From NCBI GenBank assembly GCA_947466965.1, contig CANIFU010000001.1:61885-125884 (forward strand): DNA of 64,000 nt. Reading direction: 5' to 3'. Below the pieces are notes generated by a model. That model saw only the letters and a program-made list of their open reading frames with translations. It made no database searches and was not told the origin of the DNA. This document shows, in pieces, positions 20,449-30,743 of this stretch. Positions within the stretch are counted from its first letter, which is position 1, and each line of letters begins with the position of its first letter. The stretch comes from Bacteroidota bacterium. GTDB lineage: Bacteria > Bacteroidota > Bacteroidia > 2-12-FULL-35-15. The translations under genes were made by a program, and so were the position numbers.

Positions 20449-20811
20449 TTAACCGTGGTAAACCCTGGATGAAATAATAAATCCGTTTTGTATTTCTAGA
20501 ATTTCAGCGATTAACATATCCTCTTCATCTTTTACTTTGCGGATGTATTCCATAAAAACCTGCTTTTCGTTTGCCGTTAAACTGGTAACGATATAGTTCA
20601 AGCTTGGCAAACGATGAAAAGCATCTTGCCACCAGGCTCTTAATTCCTCTTTGCCACTCACCAGTCCATTTGTTTCCGGTTTTCTGATTTTTAATTTAGG
20701 GCTAAAGTGCCTTGCTTCATTGTCATAAAGAGATAGTAGCTTTTCCAGATCGTGGGTGTTAAATGCTTCAAACCACTTTAATGCTATTGTTTCATTTTCT
20801 GATGGAATCAT
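20449..20811 (-). CDS. NTF2-fold (SnoaL-like) protein
   Basis: 120 aa; ALKWFEAFNTHDLEKLLSLYDNEARHFSP is typical of SnoaL/ketosteroid-isomerase-like proteins. Confidence 0.6.
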   Translation of the reverse strand: MIPSENETIALKWFEAFNTHDLEKLLSLYDNEARHFSPKLKIRKPETNGLVSGKEELRAWWQDAFHRLPSLNYIVTSLTANEKQVFMEYIRKVKDEEDMLIAEILEIQNGFIISSRVYHG

Positions 20812-21014
20812 TTGCGTTTTTTTGGAAAATAAATTTACAGTTTTTTGGCAGAAAAAAGACAGAAAATTTGTTTTTAAACAGTCAATAAAATCAATAGATT
20901 TTGCTAATTTTACGAATCAGGTAGTTGTGGTTTAAAAAGCATTAAATAATAAACAGATCAAACAATGAAAAATACGTTCAAGTTTCTTTTGACATTCGAA
21001 AAAAATATTTTTTG

Positions 21015-23087
21015 ATGAAGCCGAGTTTTTATTTTTACTTTTTATTCGTTTTTTTTTGTCATGTTTCTGTTGCCCAAATTGATTGCGCAAAAGTAACGAT
21101 TGCAAGAGACACGTTTGGTGTTCCTCATATTTTTGCTGATACGGATGCTGAAGTTGCATATGGTTTAGCTTGGGCCCATTGTGAAGACGATTTTGAAAAT
21201 ATTCAGCTAATGATGATTACAGCAAAGGCACGCGTGGGTGAGTTGTCTGGGAAAGAGGGCGCAATTTCAGATTATTTCGTCAGATTTATTAAAGCGAAAG
21301 AGATTGCTGAAGAAAAATATGAAACAGATCTTAGTAGTGGTTACAAAAAAATAATTGAGGCATATGCAGATGGAGTTAATTCTTATGCGGCTAAACATCC
21401 TACTGAGATAAAACTTAAAAATATTTTTCCTGTTACTCCTCAAAATATTATTACAGGATATGTCATTATTCTAACAAGTATGGTTGGTACCCCAACGGCT
21501 CTTGAATGTGTTTTTAAGGGTAAACCAGATGAATACATTTTTAATGCGAGTGCAGGATCCAATGGAATAGCAATGAATTCAAGAATAACAGCCGATAGTT
21601 CCACTTATTTATTGATTAACCCGCACGTTCCCCTGGAAGGAAGAGCCTCTTGGTATGAAGCGCATCTTTGTAGCCAACAAGGCCTAAATATATACGGTGC
21701 ATTGGTTCCCGGCATGATCTTTCCTGCTATGGGTTGTAACGAACATTTAGGATGGGCAATAACTTTCAATTGGCCTGATTATGTTGATATTTATAAAATG
21801 GAGATCAATCCCGGTAATAAAAACCAATACAAGTTCGATGGTGAATGGTATGATTTTGAAATTAGAAAAATACCACTTAAAGTAAAAACAAAATTCGGAA
21901 ACATAACTCTTAAAAAAGAAGCATTGTGGTGTATTTATGGCCCCGCTTATAGAACAAAAAATGGAATATATGCCCTTCGTTACAATACAATGTTTAATGT
22001 AAAAGCCGCTGAACAATGGTATGAATTAGCTAAAGCAAAACAATATGTCGATTTTTATAAAGCTATGGAAATGCAGGGAATTCCGCTTTTCAATTTTGTA
22101 ATGGCTGATGATAAGAATAATATTTTTTATCTTTTTAATGCTGCATTACCAATACGTAATCCTGATTTTGATTGGCAAAAAACGCTGCCGGGTAATACGT
22201 CAAAAACATTTTGGAATACGTTTTATACGTTGAGCCAGCTGCCTCAAAAATATAATCCTAAATGTGGATATGTATACAATACCAATAATACACCCTTCCA
22301 TTGCACTGCCGCTTCCGAAAATCCTAATGATTTATCTTTTAATAAACAGTCGGCTTTTAGCTGGAACAGAATTAATAACCGCGACTTGCGTTTTAATGAA
22401 CTAATGAAAGATAAGACTTCCGTGTCATTTGCTGATTTTAAAAAAATAAAATACGATTGCGCTTTTCCAACCAAACAAGGAGGCATCTATAAAACATTTA
22501 AGCCAATCTATGATCTCAAAGAATCGGATTACCCTGATATTGCTGATGCGATTTCTAAACTTAAGAAATGGGATTTTACAGGTTATGCCGATAATCGTGA
22601 AGCGGCATTGGTTGCTTTTACTATCGATTTTCTTTTCAAGAAAAAAAATGCAGCCTATAACGAATTGGAAATCGGGATTGAATATTCTACAGATTTGTTG
22701 GTGGAGGCAATCCGATATGCAAAAAAAAAATTACTTACTCATCATAAATCAATTGATGTCCCTTTTGGTGATGTTCAAAGGTTAATGAGAGAAGATAAAA
22801 GTTATCCTGTTTCCGGTTTCCCCGAATGTCTAAAGGCTTTGGCAAGCGATGTTACAAAAGATGGTTTTTTACATGCTAAAAATGGCGACTCATTTATTAT
22901 GTTCGCAAAGTTTTCTAAAAATGGAAATTCCTATGAAACTGTTGTTCCGTATGGCGAATCCAGAAGAAAAGCTAGTCCTCATTTCATGGACCAAATGGAA
23001 ATGTACAGTCAACAAAAAACAAAATCAATTACACTAGATAATGCAGTTGTTCTAAAAACAGCAACACGCATCTATCATCCACAATAA
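21015..23087 (+). CDS. Penicillin/AHL-acylase family Ntn hydrolase (S45)
   Basis: Signal peptide; DTFGVPHIFADTD...AYGLAWAHCEDD in the alpha-subunit; a candidate nucleophile Ser in AG-SNGIAMNS (codon 21558-21560). Confidence 0.85.
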   Translation: MKPSFYFYFLFVFFCHVSVAQIDCAKVTIARDTFGVPHIFADTDAEVAYGLAWAHCEDDFENIQLMMITAKARVGELSGKEGAISDYFVRFIKAKEIAEEKYETDLSSGYKKIIEAYADGVNSYAAKHPTEIKLKNIFPVTPQNIITGYVIILTSMVGTPTALECVFKGKPDEYIFNASAGSNGIAMNSRITADSSTYLLINPHVPLEGRASWYEAHLCSQQGLNIYGALVPGMIFPAMGCNEHLGWAITFNWPDYVDIYKMEINPGNKNQYKFDGEWYDFEIRKIPLKVKTKFGNITLKKEALWCIYGPAYRTKNGIYALRYNTMFNVKAAEQWYELAKAKQYVDFYKAMEMQGIPLFNFVMADDKNNIFYLFNAALPIRNPDFDWQKTLPGNTSKTFWNTFYTLSQLPQKYNPKCGYVYNTNNTPFHCTAASENPNDLSFNKQSAFSWNRINNRDLRFNELMKDKTSVSFADFKKIKYDCAFPTKQGGIYKTFKPIYDLKESDYPDIADAISKLKKWDFTGYADNREAALVAFTIDFLFKKKNAAYNELEIGIEYSTDLLVEAIRYAKKKLLTHHKSIDVPFGDVQRLMREDKSYPVSGFPECLKALASDVTKDGFLHAKNGDSFIMFAKFSKNGNSYETVVPYGESRRKASPHFMDQMEMYSQQKTKSITLDNAVVLKTATRIYHPQ

Positions 23088-23105
23088 TTAGTTTAAATTT
23101 ACAAT

Positions 23106-24137
23106 ATGACAATTAAGAACGATTTAATTTTAAGAGCAGCAAGAGGTGAAAAAACAGAACGTACTCCTGTTTGGTTAATGCGACAAGCAGGAAGAATTTT
23201 GCCAGAGTACAGAGAAGTAAGAGCGAAAATGGGTGGCTTTAAAGAACTAGTTGAAACACCCGAATTTGCTTGTGAAGTAACAATTCAACCGGTAGATATT
23301 TTGGGTGTTGATGCAGCCATTATTTTTTCAGATATTTTAGTGATTCCTGAAGCAATGGGTTTGCCATACCAAATGATCGAAGCGAAAGGTCCCTGGTTCG
23401 AAAAAACAATAAAAACGGCAGCTGATGTTGCGCAGGTTCGTGTTGCAGCTGTTGATGATCTTCACTATGTGTTGGATGCCATCCAACTTACAAAAAAAGA
23501 ATTGAATGGACGTGTTCCTTTAATTGGATTTGCAGGTGCTCCCTGGACAATTTTTGCATATATGATCGAAGGTAGTGGAAGCAAAACATTTTCAAAAGCA
23601 AAAAAATTCTTATACACTCAGCCTGAAACAGCTCATCTATTGTTGCAAAAAATTACAGATAGTACTATAAATTATTTAAAAGCTCAAGTTACTGCAGGAG
23701 CTGATATGCTCCAATTGTTCGATAGCTGGGCTGGAGTTCTTTCTCCCGAACAATACGATGAGTTTGCTCTAAAATACATTGCTCAAATTTGTGATGCAAT
23801 CAAAAATGTGCCTTTTACTGTGTTTGCAAAAGATGCTCATTTTGCCCGAAAAAAAATGGGCTTACTGAGTTGCGATACAATTGGACTTGATTGGACAATG
23901 GATGTTGCCGAATCTAGAATGTTGATCGGAGACAATAAAATTTTGCAGGGAAATATGGATCCTTGCATGTTATATTCTGATTACGCAACCATAAAAGCTG
24001 AAACACAAAAAATGCTTTTGGCATTCGGACCGCATCGTCATATTGCCAACTTGGGACATGGTTTGTATCCCGATTTGGATAAAGATAAAGTGAAATGTTT
24101 TGTGGATACAATTAAAGAATTCAGATTCCAAAAATAA
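23106..24137 (+). CDS. hemE: Uroporphyrinogen decarboxylase
   Basis: [37 protein letters not shown] and full-length similarity. Confidence 0.95.
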   Translation: MTIKNDLILRAARGEKTERTPVWLMRQAGRILPEYREVRAKMGGFKELVETPEFACEVTIQPVDILGVDAAIIFSDILVIPEAMGLPYQMIEAKGPWFEKTIKTAADVAQVRVAAVDDLHYVLDAIQLTKKELNGRVPLIGFAGAPWTIFAYMIEGSGSKTFSKAKKFLYTQPETAHLLLQKITDSTINYLKAQVTAGADMLQLFDSWAGVLSPEQYDEFALKYIAQICDAIKNVPFTVFAKDAHFARKKMGLLSCDTIGLDWTMDVAESRMLIGDNKILQGNMDPCMLYSDYATIKAETQKMLLAFGPHRHIANLGHGLYPDLDKDKVKCFVDTIKEFRFQK

Positions 24138-24175
24138 TAATGATTCATCAAACAAAAAATATCGAAACACTATTT

Positions 24176-25237
24176 ATGAAAGTATTGCTGCTTTTAATTG
24201 TTTCATTATTTTCTGTTTCCTCTTTTTCTCAGGCTAAGAAAGGAAAAAATTTAGTTCCGAATCCAAGTTTTGAAATCCGCAAAAGTAAAAGTGTGGATAT
24301 TAAAGCTGCTACTCCTTGGAAAGGAGTTGGTACGGTTGATTATTATATGAAGCCCGAAAAAAGAGATGTATCACAATTTAAAGGTGCTAGAACGGGAACG
24401 AATTATGCCGGACTCCGTTTTCAAGCAGATTATAAAGAATACATGCATGTGAAATTGTTGGAAACACTCGAAAAAGGGGAGACCTATCATTTCAAAATGT
24501 ACATAAGATTATTAGAGGCAGAAAATGTTACCGTTACCGTTAAACAATTAGGTGCCTACTTTTCTGAAACTGAATTTAAAATTGGTATGGAATTTAATGA
24601 ACACGGACTAGTAGATACAACTTATAATAAAGGAATCTCAGGATCGCTTAATTGGATTTTGATTCAAGGTGATTATACCGCAAAGGGAAATGAAAAATTT
24701 ATGATTATCGGTAATTTCAGAACTAAAATGAAAGACGATTTTGTAAAAAAAAACAAATGGAGTCTTTTTGCTTTTCAAGAAGCCTATTATTACATTGATG
24801 ATATTTCTTTAAGAAAAAAAATTGCTGAAGTAGATTCCTTACAAATTGATACAGAAGGTGGAATAGTGAATTGGATTCCTTATGCTTTTAAAGGAGGACA
24901 AACATTTGAAATAAAAAATCTATATTTTGAAAAAGGAACATCAACTCTTTTGAACGCATCTTTTACCGCTCTTGACGAATTGACAAAAGCATTAGCTGCT
25001 AACCCTCAAATGGAAGTTCAGTTAAACGGACACATGGATAAGTTTGGAGATGATGCTGAAGAAAAACGCATCTCAAAAGAAAGAGCGAAAGCTGTTTATG
25101 ATTATTTGAAATCGAAAGAGGTGTCAAATCCTCTGTCTTTTAAAGGTTTCGGGTCTTCGCAGCCAGTGGCTCCTAATGACTCGGAGGAATACAAAGCAAA
25201 AAATAGAAGGGTGGAAGTTTCCATCATTAAAGAATAG
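24176..25237 (+). CDS. OmpA-family protein (unknown N-terminal domain plus C-terminal OmpA-like peptidoglycan-binding domain)
   Basis: Signal peptide at the ATG at 24176. C-terminal NLYFEKGTSTLL...NGHMDKFG...RAKAVYDYL...NRRVEVSI. Confidence 0.8.
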   Translation: MKVLLLLIVSLFSVSSFSQAKKGKNLVPNPSFEIRKSKSVDIKAATPWKGVGTVDYYMKPEKRDVSQFKGARTGTNYAGLRFQADYKEYMHVKLLETLEKGETYHFKMYIRLLEAENVTVTVKQLGAYFSETEFKIGMEFNEHGLVDTTYNKGISGSLNWILIQGDYTAKGNEKFMIIGNFRTKMKDDFVKKNKWSLFAFQEAYYYIDDISLRKKIAEVDSLQIDTEGGIVNWIPYAFKGGQTFEIKNLYFEKGTSTLLNASFTALDELTKALAANPQMEVQLNGHMDKFGDDAEEKRISKERAKAVYDYLKSKEVSNPLSFKGFGSSQPVAPNDSEEYKAKNRRVEVSIIKE

Positions 25238-25259
25238 AAACGGATATTAAAAATAAACA

Positions 25260-26594
25260 ATGAACAAACTTCCTAAAGATGATACGAAAGTAATTCGTGC
25301 TTGGACCTTTTATGATTGGGCCAATTCTTCTTTTCCCTTGGTAATAAATACTGCCATATTTCCTACCTTTTATGAAGCGCAAACAACTTTAAGAGACGAA
25401 AAAACAGGTGCCGTTATAAATGATATGGTAAATGTATTGGGCTTTCAATTAAAAAATTCTGAATTTTATTCTTATATAGTTTCTCTTTCTTTGATCATCG
25501 TATGTATCACTGCTCCTGTATTATCTGGTATTGCAGATTATTCCGGTAGTAAGAAAAAATTTCTTCGTTTCTTTTGTATCATGGGATCTTTTTCTTGTGC
25601 CGGACTTTATTTTTTCGATAGAGAACATATATTTTTAAGTATGCTACCTTTTCTTATTGCTACTGTTGGATATTGGGGAAGTATTGTTTTTTATAACGCA
25701 TACCTTCCTGAAATTGCTTCAATTGATAATCAAGATAAAGTGAGTGCGAGAGGTTTTGCTTTAGGATATTTCGGAAGTTCTCTTTTGTTGATTTGTAATT
25801 TAATCCTGATCACAAAATTTGAAGCATTTGGATTTGAAACAAAAGGTGCTGCTGTCCGAATTGCATTTATAACTGTCAGTATCTGGTGGTTTGGTTTTGC
25901 TCAAATTACCTTACGCAATCTTCCAGGCAATTCAATCAAGAAAAAAAGTGATGGAAATCCATTTTTCAAAGGATTTAATGAGATTTCTAAAGTGTGGGGT
26001 GAACTAAAACATATTAAGAGAATAAAAAGATTTTTGACATCCTATTTTTTCTACAACATGGGTGTGCAAACGGTAATGTATATGGCTGTTTTATTTGCTG
26101 CTAAAGAAATTGCCTGGCCAGACGAAAAAACAAAAAGTACAAGTCTTATTATAAGTATTCTGCTTATTCAGTTTCTGGGAATGGGTGGTTCTTATTTGTT
26201 TTCTTACATGTCATCAAAAATAGGCAATATAAAAGCTCTTGGTGTTGCTATTTTCTTTTGGTCGATTGTATGTATTGGAGTGTATATGTTTGTGACCCTG
26301 CCATTTCATTTTTATATTACGGCTATTTGTGTTGGCTTGGTGATGGGTGGAACGCAATCCCTATCTCGCTCTACCTATTCTAAGATGCTTCCCCCTACCG
26401 AAGATCATGCAAGTTATTTTAGCTTTTTCGATGTTTTGGAAAAAGGTGGAATTGTTATTGGAACATTCTCCTTTGGCTTAATTGAAGGTATTACTGGTGG
26501 AATGAGGAATTCAGTTTTGGTTCTTGTTGTGTTTTTTATTGTTGGTTTCCTGGTACTATTATCAGTTCCTAAAAATAAAGCAATACAGCCCTAA
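25260..26594 (+). CDS. MFS transporter, UMF1/Atg22-like family
   Basis: WTFYDWANSSF N-terminal motif and about 12 predicted TM helices. Confidence 0.8.
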   Translation: MNKLPKDDTKVIRAWTFYDWANSSFPLVINTAIFPTFYEAQTTLRDEKTGAVINDMVNVLGFQLKNSEFYSYIVSLSLIIVCITAPVLSGIADYSGSKKKFLRFFCIMGSFSCAGLYFFDREHIFLSMLPFLIATVGYWGSIVFYNAYLPEIASIDNQDKVSARGFALGYFGSSLLLICNLILITKFEAFGFETKGAAVRIAFITVSIWWFGFAQITLRNLPGNSIKKKSDGNPFFKGFNEISKVWGELKHIKRIKRFLTSYFFYNMGVQTVMYMAVLFAAKEIAWPDEKTKSTSLIISILLIQFLGMGGSYLFSYMSSKIGNIKALGVAIFFWSIVCIGVYMFVTLPFHFYITAICVGLVMGGTQSLSRSTYSKMLPPTEDHASYFSFFDVLEKGGIVIGTFSFGLIEGITGGMRNSVLVLVVFFIVGFLVLLSVPKNKAIQP

Positions 26595-26642
26595 AAATAA
26601 TTTTATAAATGCTCTTTCAGAAAGAGATTAAAATAATAACCT

Positions 26643-27365
26643 ATGATTGTAGATATTTTTATTCCTTGTTTTATAGACCAGATTTATCCTGATACCGGAT
26701 TGAATATGGTGAAAATTTTAGAAAAAGTTGGTTGTGGTGTTAACTATAACCCCGAACAAACATGTTGCGGTCAGCCTGCATTTAATGCAGGCTATTGGGA
26801 TGATTGTAAAGAAGTAGGCGAGAAATTTATTCGCGAATTCCAAAACGATCGTTACATCGTTTGTCCTTCTGCTTCTTGTGTAGGTATGATTAAAAATTAT
26901 TATCCTGAAATGTTTCATAATTCTGTTCTGCATAACGAATACAAACAAATTCAGAAAAACATTTTTGAGTTTTCTGATTTTATGGTTAACGTTTTGAAAA
27001 TAACTGATCTTGGTGCTACGTTAAATGGTGTTGCTACTTATCACGATTCCTGTGCTGCGCTTCGTGAATACGGAATCAAACGTGAACCTCGTGTGCTTCT
27101 TGAAAAAGTGAGAGGCCTTGAATTAAGAGAGATGAAAGATTCAGAAACCTGCTGTGGATTTGGAGGAAGCTTTTCTGTGAAGTTTGAACCAATCGCAGTT
27201 GGCATGGGCGAACAAAAGCTTGATAATGCTTTAGAAACGGGTGCTGAATATTTAATATCTACAGATGTTTCTTGTCTCATGCACATTGATGGGTATGCAA
27301 AAAAAGTCGGAAAAAATATGAAAATGATGCACCTGTGTGATGTACTCGCTTCTGGTTGGGATTAA
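26643..27365 (+). CDS. (Fe-S)-binding CCG-domain protein, LutA/YkgE-like
   Basis: Two CCG cysteine-rich repeats (QTCCGQPAFNAGY, ETCCGFGGSF); 240 aa. Confidence 0.8.
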   Translation: MIVDIFIPCFIDQIYPDTGLNMVKILEKVGCGVNYNPEQTCCGQPAFNAGYWDDCKEVGEKFIREFQNDRYIVCPSASCVGMIKNYYPEMFHNSVLHNEYKQIQKNIFEFSDFMVNVLKITDLGATLNGVATYHDSCAALREYGIKREPRVLLEKVRGLELREMKDSETCCGFGGSFSVKFEPIAVGMGEQKLDNALETGAEYLISTDVSCLMHIDGYAKKVGKNMKMMHLCDVLASGWD

Positions 27366-27380
27366 TTTAGCTATTTTGAA

Positions 27381-28529
27381 ATGATTAAACTATTAACGAT
27401 TATTGGTGCTCGACCTCAGATTATAAAGTCTGCTGCATTAAGCCGTTCTATTAAAAATAAATTTGCAAATCAAATTCATGAAGTGATTGTTCATACAGGA
27501 CAACACTATGATGATAATATGTCGCAAGTGTTTTTTGATGAACTGGATATTCCGAATCCTAATTATAATTTAAATGCCGGATCTGGTTCGCATGGAAAAC
27601 AAACTGCAGCCATGATTGATGGTATTGAAGAGATTCTGTTAATAGAAAAACCTAACTGTATTGTCCTTTATGGAGATACAAATTCTACTCTTGCTGGGGC
27701 AATAGCTGCTTCCAAAATTCAGGTGCCTATTGTTCATGTTGAAGCTGGTTTGCGTTCTTTCAATAAGTCTATGCCAGAAGAAATTAATAGGATCATTTGT
27801 GATCGTGTTTCTACTCTGTTATTTTCTCCTACAAAAGCGGGCTTCAACAACCTGCTGAAAGAAGGTTTTAAAAAGAATAATCCCGGACCTTATTCTTTTG
27901 ATAACCCCAAAATATACCATTGTGGAGATGTGATGTTTGATAATAGTTTGTTTTTCTCCTCGTTAACAAATCATTCAACAACTGTATTGTCCGACAATAA
28001 TCTTGAAATAGGAAAATATGTTCTTGTTACAATACACCGCAATAACAATACCGATGAGCCGGAACGTTTAAATGCTTTATTTCGAAGCATCAATAAAATT
28101 TCCAATGAAAATAAAATTAAAATAATTCTTCCGCTTCATCCCCGAACAAACAAGTTATTAGCTCAAAATGTATCATCAGAATTATATAGTACAATAAAAA
28201 CAAATGAACGAATTAAAATTATTCCTCCTGTTTCGTTCCTAGAAATGATCGCACTTGAAAAAAATGCTTTTTTAATTATGACTGATTCGGGAGGCGTGCA
28301 AAAAGAGGCTTGTTTTTTTAAAAAACCATGTATTATTCTTCGTTCAGAAACAGAGTGGCTGGAGCTAGTGGAGTCTGGTTCTGCTGTATTAGTTGATGCT
28401 GATGAAGATAAGATTATTAATGCATTTCTACACTTTAAGCAATCTAAAAAATTAAAATTTCCGAATCTTTTTGGTGATGGAAATGCAGCTGGATTTATTT
28501 GTAAGGAAATATTAAAAAACATTAAGTAA
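27381..28529 (+). CDS. wecB: UDP-N-acetylglucosamine 2-epimerase (non-hydrolysing)
   Basis: GARPQIIKSAAL, HTGQHYD, VHVEAGLRSFN, PEEINR, DSGGVQKEA. Confidence 0.9.
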   Translation: MIKLLTIIGARPQIIKSAALSRSIKNKFANQIHEVIVHTGQHYDDNMSQVFFDELDIPNPNYNLNAGSGSHGKQTAAMIDGIEEILLIEKPNCIVLYGDTNSTLAGAIAASKIQVPIVHVEAGLRSFNKSMPEEINRIICDRVSTLLFSPTKAGFNNLLKEGFKKNNPGPYSFDNPKIYHCGDVMFDNSLFFSSLTNHSTTVLSDNNLEIGKYVLVTIHRNNNTDEPERLNALFRSINKISNENKIKIILPLHPRTNKLLAQNVSSELYSTIKTNERIKIIPPVSFLEMIALEKNAFLIMTDSGGVQKEACFFKKPCIILRSETEWLELVESGSAVLVDADEDKIINAFLHFKQSKKLKFPNLFGDGNAAGFICKEILKNIK

Positions 28530-28530
28530 T

Positions 28531-29838
28531 ATGTTGTTTATTTATACGCACAAGATTACGCATCGTAATAAGTATATTTTTAATTTAATTTTTAAAGATA
28601 TTCTTGGCTTAGATTTTACAATTACATCAGATATTGAGCAGTTCAAGTCTTTTGAAGGCCCCAAAATCAGTTATACAAATAATCAGATTGATGATGAGTT
28701 GTTTTTTACTTCCCGAAATTTATTATTTGAAACAGGTATTACAGATCAGAATATCTCTGTTTTTGAATTTAAAAATAATAAAGTGTTTTTTGCTACCGGA
28801 AAATCATCCGTATTTCCCTTTGATATCTTTGCCGCCAGTTTTTATTTAGTTAGTCGTTATGAAGAATATTTACCTCATATCCGCGATGAACACGACCGTT
28901 TTGACGCGAAAGACAGTTTAGCATTTCTGAACGGTTTTTTGCAAACACCTGTTGTTAATATATGGGTAATTTGGTTGAAGCAATTGCTTTCTGAAAAGTA
29001 TCCACAACTTATTTTTTCAAAAAATAAATATCAATTTGTTTCAACCATCGACATTGATAACGCTTATGCTTACCGCGAAAAAGGTTTTACTCGTAGTATC
29101 GGAGGGTATCTGAAGTCGATTTCTAAATTTGATTTTTCTGAAATTATTGAGCGTTCAAGAGTTTTGTTGGGCCTGGATAATGATCCTTATGATACCTATC
29201 AGTTTCAACTAGAAATAATTAAAAAATATAAATTAAAAGCAATTTACTTTTTTCTTTTAGGTGACTATGGCCTTAATGATAAGAATTTACCCATCGAAAG
29301 TAAAAAGTTTCAGTCATTGATTAAAATGTTAGGTGATTATGCTCAAATAGGTATTCATCCATCTTACGGTTCTAATAAAAGTAAAGAACAGTTGAAAAAA
29401 GAGGTAATGAGGTTATCAGGAGTCCTACATCGGGACGTTACGCAAAGTCGTCAACATTTTTTAAAATTGACACTTCCGGAAACGTATAGGAATTTGATTG
29501 ATTTGGACATTACAGATGATTATACTATGGGATTTGCATCCCAAGTTGGATTCAGGGCTGGTATTTGCACGTCATTTAATTTCTATGACTTGGATATGGA
29601 GTTGGAAACCAAGTTAAAGATCCATCCTTTCGCGATGATGGAAGGCACTTTGAAATACAGCATGAACATTCATCCAGATGATGCTATGAATAAAATTAAA
29701 GCATTAATTGATGAAATACGTAAGGTGGATGGAGTGTTTATGAGTTTGTGGCATAACGATACCTTGAATAATAAAAAAATATGGACAGGTTGGAAAGCGG
29801 TGTATGAGCAAATGGTTATTTATGCAACACGTGAATAA
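28531..29838 (+). CDS. Polysaccharide-deacetylase-like (CE4-fold) protein with an uncharacterised N-terminal domain
   Basis: STIDIDNAYAY (Asp pair) and IGIHPSY (His) resemble the CE4 metal and catalytic motifs. No signal peptide or TM helix. Confidence 0.55.
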   Translation: MLFIYTHKITHRNKYIFNLIFKDILGLDFTITSDIEQFKSFEGPKISYTNNQIDDELFFTSRNLLFETGITDQNISVFEFKNNKVFFATGKSSVFPFDIFAASFYLVSRYEEYLPHIRDEHDRFDAKDSLAFLNGFLQTPVVNIWVIWLKQLLSEKYPQLIFSKNKYQFVSTIDIDNAYAYREKGFTRSIGGYLKSISKFDFSEIIERSRVLLGLDNDPYDTYQFQLEIIKKYKLKAIYFFLLGDYGLNDKNLPIESKKFQSLIKMLGDYAQIGIHPSYGSNKSKEQLKKEVMRLSGVLHRDVTQSRQHFLKLTLPETYRNLIDLDITDDYTMGFASQVGFRAGICTSFNFYDLDMELETKLKIHPFAMMEGTLKYSMNIHPDDAMNKIKALIDEIRKVDGVFMSLWHNDTLNNKKIWTGWKAVYEQMVIYATRE

Positions 29839-29841
29839 AAA

Positions 29842-30738
29842 ATGCTCAAACACTTGATTTTAAAATATGCTCCCGAATTTGTTCTTAATTGGACAAAAAA
29901 GCTGAAAAAAAATCAGCGTAGAAAACATTTGTATAAACAAGAGAATAGTAATTCAACACATACAAAGCATTCACTGGTAGAAGATTTCAAACGGATTGGT
30001 TTAAAAAGTAATGATTCTGTTTTGGTTCATAGTAGTTTGAGTAAAATTGGTTTTGTAACAGGTGGTCCTCAAACTGTTATAGATGCACTTTTCGAAGTGA
30101 TTGGTTCTGAAGGCACTTTATTGTTTCCTTCTTTTCCTGCAACAGGTAGAAATAAAACGCATCTTCAGGAACATCCTTTTTTTGATATAAAAAATACTGA
30201 ATCACGCATGGGAAGTATCACCGAATATTTTAGAAAATTGGAAGGTGTTTTTAGAAGTTTTCATCCAACGGATTCTGTTTGCGCAAAAGGACCTCTCGCT
30301 GAATATTATACGAATTCACATTTTGGTCAATTAACTCCTTATAATCAATATTCTCCTTTCCGTAAATTATGCAATAAAAAAGGGAAAATATTAATGCTGG
30401 GAACAACCTTAAATGGAGCATGCACAAATTTGCATACGCTAGAAGACGCTGTTGAATTTAAATATCCCGTATATGATGAAAAGATATTTGATGTAAAAAT
30501 GATTGATATGAATGGAGTGGAATCTCAAATGAAAACAAAAGTTCATAACCCGGACTATTCATCAAAGAGAAATTGCGATGCGCTGAAGCCGATGTTTGAA
30601 AGTGAAGGTGTACTTGTTAATGGATCTGTAGGTGAGGCAAATTGCATGTTGATCGATGCAGATAAAATGCTGGAAGTATTGATCAGAAAGTATAATGAAA
30701 AAGGTATTACAATGTATACTCCTTTTGGAAATAAATAA
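29842..30738 (+). CDS. AAC(3)-family N-acetyltransferase-like protein
   Basis: VLVHSSLSKIGFVTGGPQTVIDALFEVIGSEGTLLFPSF and TNLHTLED are typical of the aminoglycoside 3-N-acetyltransferase fold. Confidence 0.7.
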   Translation: MLKHLILKYAPEFVLNWTKKLKKNQRRKHLYKQENSNSTHTKHSLVEDFKRIGLKSNDSVLVHSSLSKIGFVTGGPQTVIDALFEVIGSEGTLLFPSFPATGRNKTHLQEHPFFDIKNTESRMGSITEYFRKLEGVFRSFHPTDSVCAKGPLAEYYTNSHFGQLTPYNQYSPFRKLCNKKGKILMLGTTLNGACTNLHTLEDAVEFKYPVYDEKIFDVKMIDMNGVESQMKTKVHNPDYSSKRNCDALKPMFESEGVLVNGSVGEANCMLIDADKMLEVLIRKYNEKGITMYTPFGNK

Positions 30739-30743
30739 TTAAT

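Noticed and set aside
29842-30738. AAC(3)-family gene as an acquired aminoglycoside-resistance determinant.
   Set aside because: It is embedded in a tightly coupled sugar-tailoring operon, with no mobile-element context and no visible compositional break. A biosynthetic N-acetyltransferase role is more plausible. MIC testing would settle it.
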